This document shows positions 20,939 through 30,678 of a stretch of DNA of 64,000 nt, in pieces. The notes beneath the pieces were generated by a model. It searched no databases. It saw nothing but the letters and a program-made list of their open reading frames with translations, and was not told where the DNA came from. Made by a program: the position numbers and the translations under genes. Origin of the DNA: Planctomycetota bacterium (lineage in GTDB: Bacteria; Planctomycetota; UBA11346); contig JADGDD010000002.1 in the NCBI GenBank assembly GCA_016745075.1, forward strand, positions 2,034 to 66,033. The letters are read 5' to 3'. The stretch's first letter is position 1. Each line of letters opens with the position of its first letter.

Positions 20939-21233
20939 TCTCTTTCCTTTATGTATCTAGTTATTATACTTGCCAATCAAAACACTTATGTATCAGGTTG
21001 ACTTGAATTTCCTAATGCATGGGTGTCTGTGGTGTAAACGCTATAGTGATCAAAGTAGTGGCTGTTTTGTTGCGTTCATGACGACTGTGATTGTGGTATG
21101 ACATGGTTCTCTTTCTATTATGCTGTTCTCGGCGACGGTATTTGTTCAATTCATATATGGTTACATGTACGTCAATAAACGTACATATCAAGCTCAATGT
21201 GGTCAGACGGTGTGAAGTGTGTACTGTTGAGAA

Positions 21234-21527
21234 ATGCTCTCCTTTGACCTTGTGCTATTAGACAGCTTAAAGAATGCTGAGATGACTCAGATGGCATTTG
21301 CCGAAGCTGTAGGAACTTCTAGGAGTGTAATCACAGACGTAGTAAAGGGGCGTTTGCGTCCACCAGTGGATAGGCTAAAGGTCTGGGCAGACAAGCTTGA
21401 CCTTTCAGGTGAGAAAAAAGAGGCTTTCTTGTTGGCTGGCTGGCTGACACATAGTCCCACAGAGCTTGTTTCTTATCTGGAAAACAAGGGCATTTTGACA
21501 GAGAATGGCCTCGCTCAGAACGATTGA
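21234..21527 (+). CDS. XRE-like helix-turn-helix transcriptional regulator
   Basis: 97 aa. HTH TQMAFAEAVGTSRSVITDVVKG. Located just inside the island boundary next to the tRNA. Confidence 0.55.
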   Translation: MLSFDLVLLDSLKNAEMTQMAFAEAVGTSRSVITDVVKGRLRPPVDRLKVWADKLDLSGEKKEAFLLAGWLTHSPTELVSYLENKGILTENGLAQND

Positions 21528-21685
21528 ATTTGAATGTAGCGGGGTGCATGATATGCTCTGTAATCAAACGGCAATGATGCTATAGAGAGAAGCGGCAGCA
21601 ATGTTTTATAGGGGTACGTTTGCGGGTATGTTTGCCAACAAAAAAACCGTAAGCCATGAATTAACAATGACTTACGGTCTGTATG

Positions 21686-21772
21686 TGGTACCCGAGAGAG
21701 GATTCGAACCTCCACGTCCTTTCGAACATATCGACCTCAACGATACGCGTCTGCCAATTCCGCCACCCGGGC
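21686..21772 (-). tRNA. tRNA-Leu (anticodon GAG), type II tRNA with long variable arm, CCA encoded
   Basis: Reverse complement GCCCGGGTGGCGGAATTGGCAGACGC… folds with D-arm GTGGCGGAATTGGCAGACGC, anticodon stem-loop TATCG-TTGAGGT-CGATA, T-arm GGAGGTTCGAATCCTCT and acceptor plus CCA. Confidence 0.85.
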
Positions 21773-21864
21773 TTGGGTGAGCGGTGGATTCTGGCGCAGT
21801 ATTCTGTCTGTCAATAGGTATCATGGTTCCTTGCTCATATTGAAATTCTTGGCACGATTCACGC

Positions 21865-22827
21865 ATGATTCATGAATTGCAGGCCGATGAGTCGGTCATT
21901 GATATGCGCCTAGATGTGTGGTTAGAGCGAGAGCTTGAAGGCTGCTCTCGGAGCTTGGTAGCGCGTCTGATTAAGAGTGGTAACTGTAATATGGCTCCAG
22001 GTAAGCTGAAGCCGGGCTGGCGGTTGCGTGGAGATGAACATGTTCGTATTGAAGTCCCAGAAGCAGAGTCTTTAGATATTGTTGCTGAAGAAGGGCCGCT
22101 TGAGGTCTTGTATGAAGATGATGACTTACTGGTGCTTAATAAGCCTCCGCAACAAGTGGTACATCCGGCTATAGGGCATGTACGTGGGACATTAATGAAT
22201 GCGGTTGCATGGCGAGCAGAACAAGCAGGTTGGCAGGCGGGTTTAATTCACCGTTTAGATGAAGATACCAGTGGTATTATTTGTGTAGCGAAATCGGCGG
22301 CAGTTCTGGCGGCTTGTCAGGAGTCTTTCCGTGAGCGGCGAGTGAAGAAACGTTATGTAGCCTTGGTTCATGGTCGGCCCAAAGCTGATGTTTTTGATAA
22401 CAATAAGGCTATTGGTCGGCATCCGAAGGATTTCCGTAAGCGAGCTTTAGTAGAAGACGGGAAAGCTTCCTATACCTCGTTTGTGGTTCGAGAACGGCAT
22501 GAAGATTATGCTGTATTAGAAGCTCGACCAACTACGGGTCGCACCCATCAAATTCGTGTGCATGTGCTTGATTGCGGTCATCCTGTTTTAGCAGACCGTA
22601 CCTATAGCCGTAGTGATGTGTTTCCTGTAAGTGAGAACAGCAGCGGACCACACTTGACCCGCCAGGGTTTACACGCGTGGTATTTAAAAATTCCACATCC
22701 GCAAGGCGGGGTGCTTGAAATTATTGCACCACCACCCGTAGATATGGCTACCTTTATTGAGACAGATGATTTGCGCCCTCTTGAATTAGATGACCCCTTT
22801 GCTGGCTCATCAAGGTTGCGTCACTAA
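21865..22827 (+). CDS. rluD: 23S rRNA pseudouridine synthase, RluA family (RluD-like, S4 domain plus catalytic domain)
   Basis: LLVLNKP…HRLDEDTSGIICVAKS (catalytic Asp motif). RTHQIRVH motif. Confidence 0.85.
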   Translation: MIHELQADESVIDMRLDVWLERELEGCSRSLVARLIKSGNCNMAPGKLKPGWRLRGDEHVRIEVPEAESLDIVAEEGPLEVLYEDDDLLVLNKPPQQVVHPAIGHVRGTLMNAVAWRAEQAGWQAGLIHRLDEDTSGIICVAKSAAVLAACQESFRERRVKKRYVALVHGRPKADVFDNNKAIGRHPKDFRKRALVEDGKASYTSFVVRERHEDYAVLEARPTTGRTHQIRVHVLDCGHPVLADRTYSRSDVFPVSENSSGPHLTRQGLHAWYLKIPHPQGGVLEIIAPPPVDMATFIETDDLRPLELDDPFAGSSRLRH

Positions 22828-23468
22828 TGCGCGTGCTTGTTGGTATTGGAAATCCTGGCTCCAAGTATGAGGGTACGCGGCATAATGTTGGTTTTGATAC
22901 AGTTGATATTTTAGCGGCCCGTTATGGAGAAAAGCTCAGCACCAAAAAGTGGCAGGCTTTATCTACAGAGGTGTTATTGCCGAGCTGCGGTAAAGTTTTG
23001 CTGGTTAAACCGCAAACCTATGTCAACGAAACGGGCAAAACCGTGCAGGCATTGTTATCGTTTTACAAATTATCGATCGAAGATCTGTGCATTGTTGTTG
23101 ATGATATTCATTTGAACCTTGGTGATATACGCATACGTAAAGGCGGTGGTCCTGGTGGCCATAATGGTCTCAAAAGTATTCAGCAGCATATTGGCAAAGA
23201 GTATGCACGGATGCGTTTAGGTATAGGTAAGCCAGAGTATGACCAAGTGGCGCATGTGCTGGGTCGTTTTACTGTGGACCAGCAGGTAGATGCGAATGCC
23301 TTATTTTACAAAGCCGCAGATTGTGCCGAAGCATGGCTTTGTGGTGAGGATGTACCTACTGTAGCTGGGCGTTTCAATGGTCCATTACGCCCTCCTCCGC
23401 CGCGAGTGAAAAAAGAAAAGGCTGTTGAAGAAAAAACGGTAGCTGATGAAACTGAATCGCTAGCGTGA
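22827..23468 (+). CDS. pth: Peptidyl-tRNA hydrolase with Lys/Glu-rich C-terminal tail
   Basis: MRVLVGIGNPGSKYEGTRHNVGF N-terminus is the classic Pth signature. Confidence 0.9.
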   Translation: MRVLVGIGNPGSKYEGTRHNVGFDTVDILAARYGEKLSTKKWQALSTEVLLPSCGKVLLVKPQTYVNETGKTVQALLSFYKLSIEDLCIVVDDIHLNLGDIRIRKGGGPGGHNGLKSIQQHIGKEYARMRLGIGKPEYDQVAHVLGRFTVDQQVDANALFYKAADCAEAWLCGEDVPTVAGRFNGPLRPPPPRVKKEKAVEEKTVADETESLA

Positions 23469-23504
23469 AGGTGATTGTATTATGCAAAGGAAAGGAACTG
23501 TAGT

Positions 23505-23756
23505 ATGGCATCATATGTAGGGTTAATCCGTGTGCAGGCAGACGGACGCTATCGTTTGCACATCCCAGACCTTCCAGAGATTGCTGTGGAAGGGGCCGAT
23601 TCTGTGGAATCTATCTCGCTTGCGAGGCAAGCGTTGGCCGAAATGGTGCAGACCTATCTTGCAGAGAAAAAGAAACTCAAACGGCCGCGTAGTTTGGCCA
23701 GTATTATGGCCAACCCAGAGTATGCAGGAGCAATGCCCGTCTCATTGGCAATTTGA
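23505..23756 (+). CDS. HicB-like (UPF0150 fold) small protein, possible orphan antitoxin
   Basis: MASYVGLIRVQADGRYRLHIPDLPEIAVEGADSVESISLARQALAEM resembles the HicB N-terminal fold pattern (…PDLPG…G.T.eEA…A.eA). Confidence 0.4.
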   Translation: MASYVGLIRVQADGRYRLHIPDLPEIAVEGADSVESISLARQALAEMVQTYLAEKKKLKRPRSLASIMANPEYAGAMPVSLAI

Positions 23757-23787
23757 CTCTTGAAAAGCGTTTGACACACTAGCCTCT

Positions 23788-24705
23788 ATGAGTGGTCAAC
23801 TTGGCAGCGCTTCGCGCCTTCCTATTGGAAACAGCATTGGTCCCTACCAGATTAAAAAGGTCTTAGGTAGTGGCGGTATGGGAACTGTGTACTTAGCAAC
23901 CCAGTTAAGTCTTGGCAGAGACGTGGCCTTAAAAGTGTTGCGTCCCAAGCGTTTAGCAGCTCCTGGTGCGGCAGAAAAATTCTTAGATGAAGCTCGTTGT
24001 ACTGCTCGTTTGAATCATCCCAATTTGGTGAGTGTTCATGATGCTGGTCATGATGATGAAAAAAACATGGTTTATTATACTATGGAATATGTAAAGGGCT
24101 TGAACTTGCGCGAACTTGCTCAACGCCAAGGGTTGCCACCGCCCGCACATGCTTTGCGTATTTGTTATGAAACAGCACTTGGTCTTGGTCATGCTCATAA
24201 TGCTGGCCTCGTTCATAGAGACCTGAAGCCAGACAATATTATGCTAGATACTACTGGCCGTGCTAAGGTCACAGACCTTGGCTTGGCTTATGACCGTATG
24301 TCTGGGCAGCAATATAATTCAAGTAAAACGCTCGCGCTTGTTGGTACTCAGGAATATTGTGCGCCAGAACAAAGTCGGAATCCATCGAAAGCTATTGCAG
24401 CTAGTGATATTTGGTCTTTGGGTGCATGTCTATTTTTTGCGCTAACGGGGAAAGACCCATTTGATGGAGAAACGGTTATAGATTTAATTGTTCGTGCGGC
24501 AACGGAAGATCCACCAGATTTAGATCAATTAGAGCCAGCGCACCAAGAATTAATTAAACAGCTCATGTGTAAACACCCAGATGACCGTCCCGCAAACGGC
24601 GATGCTGCTGCTGAGCTGATAAAAGGTGTTATGGATGGCACGGCGCGTATTGCAGGTAAGAAAAAGTCTGGCCCACTGCGCCGTGTCCGTCGTCGTCGTC
24701 GATAA
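23788..24705 (+). CDS. Hanks-type Ser/Thr protein kinase (soluble, poly-Arg C-terminus)
   Basis: GSGGMGTVYLA…ALKVL, HRDLKPDNIML, DLGLA, APE all present. Ends …RRVRRRRR. Confidence 0.85.
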   Translation: MSGQLGSASRLPIGNSIGPYQIKKVLGSGGMGTVYLATQLSLGRDVALKVLRPKRLAAPGAAEKFLDEARCTARLNHPNLVSVHDAGHDDEKNMVYYTMEYVKGLNLRELAQRQGLPPPAHALRICYETALGLGHAHNAGLVHRDLKPDNIMLDTTGRAKVTDLGLAYDRMSGQQYNSSKTLALVGTQEYCAPEQSRNPSKAIAASDIWSLGACLFFALTGKDPFDGETVIDLIVRAATEDPPDLDQLEPAHQELIKQLMCKHPDDRPANGDAAAELIKGVMDGTARIAGKKKSGPLRRVRRRRR

Positions 24706-27105
24706 TTAAATAACAACCTCAACAGTATGTTCTCCGCTATCAAAACACGGAAGCAGATTGCCGTCGAGTAATTTCCCATCAACCGTAATGCTGGTGGTAC
24801 CTGTGCAGCGGCCTGCACTGTTATCTATGTGTATGTGATACGTTGCGCCACGGAAGTTTCTACTAAGAGAGGCTTTTGGTATGTCTTTGCTGAGGCAGGG
24901 ATCAATAAGGAGGCCATCATAATCCCGACGCACACCAAGAATCCATTCTATCAGAGCAACGGTAAACCAAGCAGCGGTGCCGGTGCGCCACGGGTAACCT
25001 GCTTTCCACGCATAAACGGGGTGGTCTGGTTCGTCTTTCACATAAAAATTATTATAAGAAAAAGGTTCTGCACCAGAGCGTTCGGTTGGCAGCCATTTAC
25101 TATTAGGGGTAATTTTTTGCCATGTACGCCATGCCTGTTCTGGTCTACCCATCATGCAATCCGCTACACACTTAAAGCCAGCGGCATGATTGTAACAGCC
25201 ACCGTTTATTTCTGTGTATGGAATTTTATTAGAAATATTTCCAACGCGTGGATCATACTTTGTAAAAGGTGGATTCAAGACCATAAACCCTTCATCGCAT
25301 TCTAATCGTTCATCTACAATTTCTAAACAACGTTTTCCACGCTGATCATTAGCACAACCGCTTAATATGGCCCAGCTTTGTGTGTTCATCCAGAATTGCG
25401 CTTCTTTATTTTCCTTGCTGCCAACACGGTAGCCATCTTCACAAATAGTACGGATATACCAATCGCCGTCCCATGCAGTATCATTGAGATTTGTACAAAT
25501 GGTATCATAGGCTGTTTGGGCTTCTGTGGCTATGGCAGTATCACCAGAGCGTTTTGCTAGTTCAATCATTTCACGAAGGCCGTAGGCGAGTTGTTGAGTA
25601 ACCATGATACTTTCGCGTTCGCCTGCCTCTGGGGTCGATTCGAGATCATCATTCCAGTCGGCATAATGTTGGTTGGATAAACCATTTGGACCAAGGTCAT
25701 TCAACATATAGCGCATAGTGCGGATCATGTGATCCCAGACGCTTCCCACTTCATCACTTTCTAGATAGGGCACTTGCTCTTGCAAAAAGTTGAGATCGCC
25801 ACTTTCTTTAATAAGCCATGGTACAGCAAGGAATATCCAAGCTGGTTTATCGCTATATTTTAAGCGAACGAGTGGTCGGAAACCATGCGGTACGCAACCA
25901 TCTGCCCATTGGCTGGCGAGTGCGCGTAATAAATTATCTTTGGCAACGGGGTAATCGACCATCGCCATAGCGTAATCAGTTTGTAGGTTGTCTCTAAATC
26001 CGCTTTTATTTACAAGGTAGGTCATGAATTGTTTTTTGACCCAACAGTTGACTAAAGCATTATGGTGATCATTGCCAATATCTATACGGAAACTATCTGC
26101 GCGTTGTCGTTCAATGGCTTCTTGTTCGGCAAGCCATGCATCAACACGATCGTATGAGATCTCGGATTTTATCTGAGTAACTTCGTTTGTATCAGAGGCT
26201 TGGCCAAGAACAAAAACGTAACGACGTTCTTCGCCAGGAGCGAGCGTATCGCTGCATTGAATAATACCCGCGCTGTCTGGCCCTTTATCACCACGGTTAT
26301 CACAGTTCCAGCCCCAGAGTATTTTTGGTGTAGAAAGACTGTAATCTGCGCGGGTAAAATGATCACGATAGCCATTGGCAGCGGTAAAACCATCAAGAGC
26401 AAAGATATAACCATTATAGCGATCAGTTGGCACGCATTGATTAAAGTTTTTGACAAAGACACCACCAAATTCTGGATGAATACTAGCACGGTTGTTGTTC
26501 CATATTTGTTGTGCGTTTTGATCACGGCCCGTTAAGGAAAACCGTGCATAGGCAAAAGTACTTACTTTTCGTGCGCGATCACTGTCATTACGAACGACCA
26601 TATCCCAAATAAGTACGGCTGTATTTGCGGGAACAAAGGTGCGCAAACGGCTAAAAATTCCGTTACAAGAACCAGACCATTCATTCATCCATGGATATAT
26701 TTTACAGCTTTGGTTGTTGATACTTTGCGGACAAGGTTGCCCCATTGGATTAAAGGTGGTATTATCTTCATCATCTCGAACGTAGACGCAGGTGCTATCA
26801 TAATCTATCAATTTGCATTCGTTACCGACTTCGTCTCGAAGGGTAACGTCACCATCGTTGAGATGTGAGACAACAGCGTATATTTCATCTTGGGCAATGC
26901 CATTTACAAAAGTATTAAACCATTTGCGTGGCGGTTCTCCAGTGATGTTAAAGCAATAGCCATTTTCACTAAAGTGGCCAATCGTATCAAATCCAGACAT
27001 AGTATCTTCCTTATAAGTGGTGTTGAATGGTAAATTGTATGGAATAGATAACTGTAAGTCTATTGTCATTTCTGGATAAACTTGTACGATTTGGTATATG
27101 GACAA
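24706..27105 (-). CDS. Large cytoplasmic glycoside hydrolase/phosphorylase-like protein ((alpha/alpha)6-barrel type), family uncertain
   Basis: 799 aa. No signal peptide. Divergently arranged with an AraC regulator and followed by a TonB receptor. Domain call is by size and context only. Confidence 0.4.
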   Translation of the reverse strand: MSIYQIVQVYPEMTIDLQLSIPYNLPFNTTYKEDTMSGFDTIGHFSENGYCFNITGEPPRKWFNTFVNGIAQDEIYAVVSHLNDGDVTLRDEVGNECKLIDYDSTCVYVRDDEDNTTFNPMGQPCPQSINNQSCKIYPWMNEWSGSCNGIFSRLRTFVPANTAVLIWDMVVRNDSDRARKVSTFAYARFSLTGRDQNAQQIWNNNRASIHPEFGGVFVKNFNQCVPTDRYNGYIFALDGFTAANGYRDHFTRADYSLSTPKILWGWNCDNRGDKGPDSAGIIQCSDTLAPGEERRYVFVLGQASDTNEVTQIKSEISYDRVDAWLAEQEAIERQRADSFRIDIGNDHHNALVNCWVKKQFMTYLVNKSGFRDNLQTDYAMAMVDYPVAKDNLLRALASQWADGCVPHGFRPLVRLKYSDKPAWIFLAVPWLIKESGDLNFLQEQVPYLESDEVGSVWDHMIRTMRYMLNDLGPNGLSNQHYADWNDDLESTPEAGERESIMVTQQLAYGLREMIELAKRSGDTAIATEAQTAYDTICTNLNDTAWDGDWYIRTICEDGYRVGSKENKEAQFWMNTQSWAILSGCANDQRGKRCLEIVDERLECDEGFMVLNPPFTKYDPRVGNISNKIPYTEINGGCYNHAAGFKCVADCMMGRPEQAWRTWQKITPNSKWLPTERSGAEPFSYNNFYVKDEPDHPVYAWKAGYPWRTGTAAWFTVALIEWILGVRRDYDGLLIDPCLSKDIPKASLSRNFRGATYHIHIDNSAGRCTGTTSITVDGKLLDGNLLPCFDSGEHTVEVVI

Positions 27106-27913
27106 TAAGGCAACAGAGGCGCGGACCTTTTCAACACCAATTGGCTTAGTTGAAGTAGGGGCAAGTGTCTATCATGGTGAAAATCCGTGGAAGCGCGTAA
27201 ATTTCTTAAACCATGAGCCGCAACGGTTTAGCCTTCATTATGTTACGCACGGTGGTGCAGCGTTTACAACGCGAACAAAAACAGGCGAAACAGGTCATTG
27301 GGATATTACTACAGGCATGGTGTATCAACGTAATCCAGAGCAGTGTATTGATTTTGTAGCAGACGAGTTTTATCAAGATGTTCGCATTCAGTGTTCAGTG
27401 AACTTATACACCTATCTGCGGGATCTTGGTTTATTACGAGTACCGATGGCTTGCTGGTCTGCACCAGGGGCAGACAAAGACTTGGTACCGCTCTATCACA
27501 TTTTGGCGCGGCATACTGGCCAAGATATAGAACCAGTGATTGCTGCATTTTTGAATGGTGTCGCCTCATGGCGAAGGCGTGTTCAGCAAGAAGATGCTAC
27601 CAGCTTGGCCATAGCTCGTGCTTGTGAATTGCTTGCTCAAGTGAATGCGCGTGAGTGGGACATGCGGCATTTGGCTGAGCATGTTGGCATTGGGTATGAG
27701 TTATTTCGTAAGGCGTTTCGTAAACAGATCGGTTGTTCACCATGGGAATTCCATCTGCGAGCTCGCATAGAACAGGCTTGTACTTTATTAACAGATCGCT
27801 CTATCATGAGTGTAGCAGAAGAACTTGGGTATAGTGATCTGAGCGCATTTAGTCGTCAATTTAAGCGTTATGTTGGGATGAGTCCTCGCCAATGGCAACA
27901 ACGATTGGGCTAG
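27098..27913 (+). CDS. AraC family transcriptional regulator
   Basis: C-terminal AraC HTH (…YELFRKAFRKQIGCSPWEFHLRARIEQACTLLTDRSIMSVAEELGYSDLSAFSRQFKRYVGMSPRQWQQ). Confidence 0.8.
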   Translation: MDNKATEARTFSTPIGLVEVGASVYHGENPWKRVNFLNHEPQRFSLHYVTHGGAAFTTRTKTGETGHWDITTGMVYQRNPEQCIDFVADEFYQDVRIQCSVNLYTYLRDLGLLRVPMACWSAPGADKDLVPLYHILARHTGQDIEPVIAAFLNGVASWRRRVQQEDATSLAIARACELLAQVNAREWDMRHLAEHVGIGYELFRKAFRKQIGCSPWEFHLRARIEQACTLLTDRSIMSVAEELGYSDLSAFSRQFKRYVGMSPRQWQQRLG

Positions 27914-27988
27914 TAGTTTGTTTCAATAATTTTAAGAAATACCCGCTGTTTTGCTTGCGTATCGCTTTTAAGATTATAGTATGGCCGT

Positions 27989-30193
27989 ATGAAAATTTCA
28001 AAAATGTTGACGCTGAGTTGCGGTTTGGTGTCATTTATTACGGCCGCTGAGAGCAGGCCAGCCGAGCCTGAATTATTGTTACCTACAGTAAATACAGATG
28101 TTCCTCAACATACCGTTTCGCTTGGTGATCTGACCTTTCTTGATGATGAAGAATGGGTGGAAGCAGTGAGTGGTCGTCGGATGGTTTTATCCGAGTCGCC
28201 ACAGGCAGTAACAATTATTAACTTAGAAGAAGATATCGATCTTCCCGTGTGGACGGTGCCAGACCGTTTACGTTACGAGGCTGGTATTGATGTCTATCAA
28301 ACCCGCCATGGGCAAATGGATGTTGGTATACGTGGCTGGAACAGCACCGGTTCCATGCGTACATTAGTGGTGTTGGATGGACGTAGTATTGATCTGGAAG
28401 AACTTGGCCAAGTTTTTTGGATTTCACATATTCACCCATCGGATATTACCCGTATTGAGGTCGTGAAGGGTCCAAGTAGTGTGCGCTTTGGTGCGAATGC
28501 TTTTGGTGGAGTTGTAGCGATTCGTGACCGTGATGTTGGTGATATTCATGAAGTACATACTATGAGTATGGTTGGTACAGATGGTCTGCTTGATATTGAT
28601 GCAACCGCATTGGGGCCTATTGGTAGCCATTGGAACCACCCCGCTTATTACAAAGTGAGTATCGGTGGTTCGTACAGAGATGATCAAGATGGCACACATG
28701 GTCGTGACCCTATTCTGCCGACTCATGAAGATTCTTTGCAAACAGGTGATGATGATCTTGATTCCATGAGGTTAAGTGCAGTCTTTGGTATACACTTAGC
28801 AGATGAATGGAGACTGGAAGCAGATGCTTATCTGGTCGATATTCAAGAATGGGATTTTATTGAGGATTTATCTATTGGTTCAAACTGGATTGATATTGAA
28901 GATAATAAGGCCGGTTTGCGTTTGTATATGCCATTTGGTGAACTGCGTTGGTTGCATAATGATGTGGATACCGAGTACTCGAATCAGAAGAGTGACCCCA
29001 ATATTGCATCTAGACGAACACGAGTTGGTTTGCGGAATAATACCGATGAATTATCCTTACATTTCAATCATTCATTTGATGAACATGTTATTTCGGCAGG
29101 AGTTGAATATAGTCAATGGAATTCATTGTCTAATTTCTGGGCACAAAATGGGTCTTACGCCGATGCCAGTACTTGGGTGCGTGAACGTGTTTTTAATCGT
29201 GCGGCATTTTTAGAAGATCAGTTTTTTCTCTCGGAAGAAATTATTTTGAATGCTGGTGTGCGTTTTGATAATCATAGCATTGTTGGCAAAAATACATCAC
29301 CACGTTTATCGGCGAACTACCGTGTTGATGACACTCAGTTTTTCCGTTTATCATGGTCACAAGGCTATCGTTTGCCCAGTCACTTAGAAGTTTTAATCGC
29401 GGAAGATTATTTTACTACAGCCAATGATTTAGAAGCAGAAACGATAAATTCTTTTGATGTAGGATGGCAAAAAACATGGCGGCACACTAAGGCAACGCTT
29501 GGTGCTTTTTATTCACGAGCTCAAGATATTATGGCCTTAGTGCCGTTGGATGCTGCTGTGATGCAAGGTAACTTGCCGAATGGCCCATTTTTTGAATATC
29601 GTAACATAGATAACCCTATTACTGTGTACGGTGTAGAAGCAGAGCTGCGCTATGCGTGGGCACAGCAAGCAGGTGAGTCATGGTTCAATATGACCTATCA
29701 AGACTTCTCTTATGATCATGACTTTATTTATCATAGTGATGGTGTGTTTATTGGCCAGCCTAATAAATTATTTGATTTTGATTTTAATCTTGGCGAAGAA
29801 CACAATGCACCGCCACAATGGAAAATAAATCTTGGTACTCGTTATCAACAGAATGGTTGGTTTACATCAGGAGTAGTGCGCTATGTTGATAAGCAAAGCT
29901 TCTTTTCTTTTGCCTCCTCAAATTTCCAAGGTAATCCCGTTGGACCAGATGTTACACGGGCGGGTTCAAGTGAACGAAGTGCGTATGCGGCTTGTGATCT
30001 CTCCGTTGGATATAATTGGGGGGTAGAAGAGTCTTTGAAGCAGTTTGTTCGTTTAAGTGCACTCAATATTTTTGACCAAGGACATTATGAAGGCCACAAA
30101 GTACCAAGTAGTGTCCTTGCGGCAGAAAATGAGGCGCACCGATCTAGTGAAGTTGGTAGAGAAGTGACGCTGACCTTTGGTTGGGAGTGGTAG
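27989..30193 (+). CDS. TonB-dependent outer-membrane receptor
   Basis: Signal peptide. Plug-domain motifs (IEVVKGPSSVRFGANAFGGVVAI). 22-strand-barrel-length C-terminus ending in an aromatic residue (…LTFGWEW). Confidence 0.8.
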   Translation: MKISKMLTLSCGLVSFITAAESRPAEPELLLPTVNTDVPQHTVSLGDLTFLDDEEWVEAVSGRRMVLSESPQAVTIINLEEDIDLPVWTVPDRLRYEAGIDVYQTRHGQMDVGIRGWNSTGSMRTLVVLDGRSIDLEELGQVFWISHIHPSDITRIEVVKGPSSVRFGANAFGGVVAIRDRDVGDIHEVHTMSMVGTDGLLDIDATALGPIGSHWNHPAYYKVSIGGSYRDDQDGTHGRDPILPTHEDSLQTGDDDLDSMRLSAVFGIHLADEWRLEADAYLVDIQEWDFIEDLSIGSNWIDIEDNKAGLRLYMPFGELRWLHNDVDTEYSNQKSDPNIASRRTRVGLRNNTDELSLHFNHSFDEHVISAGVEYSQWNSLSNFWAQNGSYADASTWVRERVFNRAAFLEDQFFLSEEIILNAGVRFDNHSIVGKNTSPRLSANYRVDDTQFFRLSWSQGYRLPSHLEVLIAEDYFTTANDLEAETINSFDVGWQKTWRHTKATLGAFYSRAQDIMALVPLDAAVMQGNLPNGPFFEYRNIDNPITVYGVEAELRYAWAQQAGESWFNMTYQDFSYDHDFIYHSDGVFIGQPNKLFDFDFNLGEEHNAPPQWKINLGTRYQQNGWFTSGVVRYVDKQSFFSFASSNFQGNPVGPDVTRAGSSERSAYAACDLSVGYNWGVEESLKQFVRLSALNIFDQGHYEGHKVPSSVLAAENEAHRSSEVGREVTLTFGWEW

Positions 30194-30327
30194 CAACAGT
30201 TTTTGTTTTGGCGTAAAGAAACGGTGGACTCTGCGTCTCTGTAAACAGAATGCGGGTAGAGCAGGGAGCATGGCTCATAATGGCCTTGCTCTGCTGTTGT
30301 CGGCGTTTACCGCAGGAAGAAGGAAGT

Positions 30328-30678
30328 ATGGATTTAGAGAGCTTAATGGGCAGTCTTGGACCTATGAAAGAGGCGATGGATAAGGCCAGTAACGAACGCA
30401 GTGATAAGGTGTTTTCTGGAACCGCAGGCGGTGGTGCGGTAAAAATTGCTTTGCGTGGTGACTTAACGGTAGAAAGTGTCGAAATTGCTGCGGCTGCTGC
30501 AAGCGCTTCAGAAGACGATGTTTCTATGCTTGAAGACCTGGTAGGTGTGGCCATGAATGATGCGCTTCGTCAATATGCCGTTGAGTTTGGAGCCACGCCG
30601 GAAGAGCAAATCCAGAAAAGTTTGGCTTCTTCTGATCTTGGTAGCATGCTTGGTCCACTTATGGGCGGTCTTGGTTAA
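30328..30678 (+). CDS. ybaB: YbaB/EbfC nucleoid-associated protein
   Basis: …GAVKIALRGDLTVESVEIAAAA…DDVSMLEDLVGVAMNDALR aligns by eye with E. coli YbaB (…GLVKVTINGAHNCRRVEID…DDKEMLEDLVAAAFNDAAR). Start taken at the internal M (MDLESLMG). Confidence 0.75.
   Translation: MDLESLMGSLGPMKEAMDKASNERSDKVFSGTAGGGAVKIALRGDLTVESVEIAAAAASASEDDVSMLEDLVGVAMNDALRQYAVEFGATPEEQIQKSLASSDLGSMLGPLMGGLG

Larger units (their letters stand above)
13555..21772. mobile_element. Integrative genomic island (CP4-57/P4-like) inserted in tRNA-Leu. Contains integrase, Xis/AlpA, DUF3987 replication-type protein and cargo genes.
   Basis: Intact tRNA-Leu at the right end. Two direct partial copies of its 3' end at the left end next to a tyrosine integrase. 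The internal genes are typical of integrative elements. Confidence 0.75.

Noticed and set aside
21672-21866. ORF 21672..21866 (-), 64 aa
   Set aside because: Overlaps the tRNA-Leu gene and its flanks, and its translation is low-complexity (GGGIGRR…). The tRNA call explains the region.
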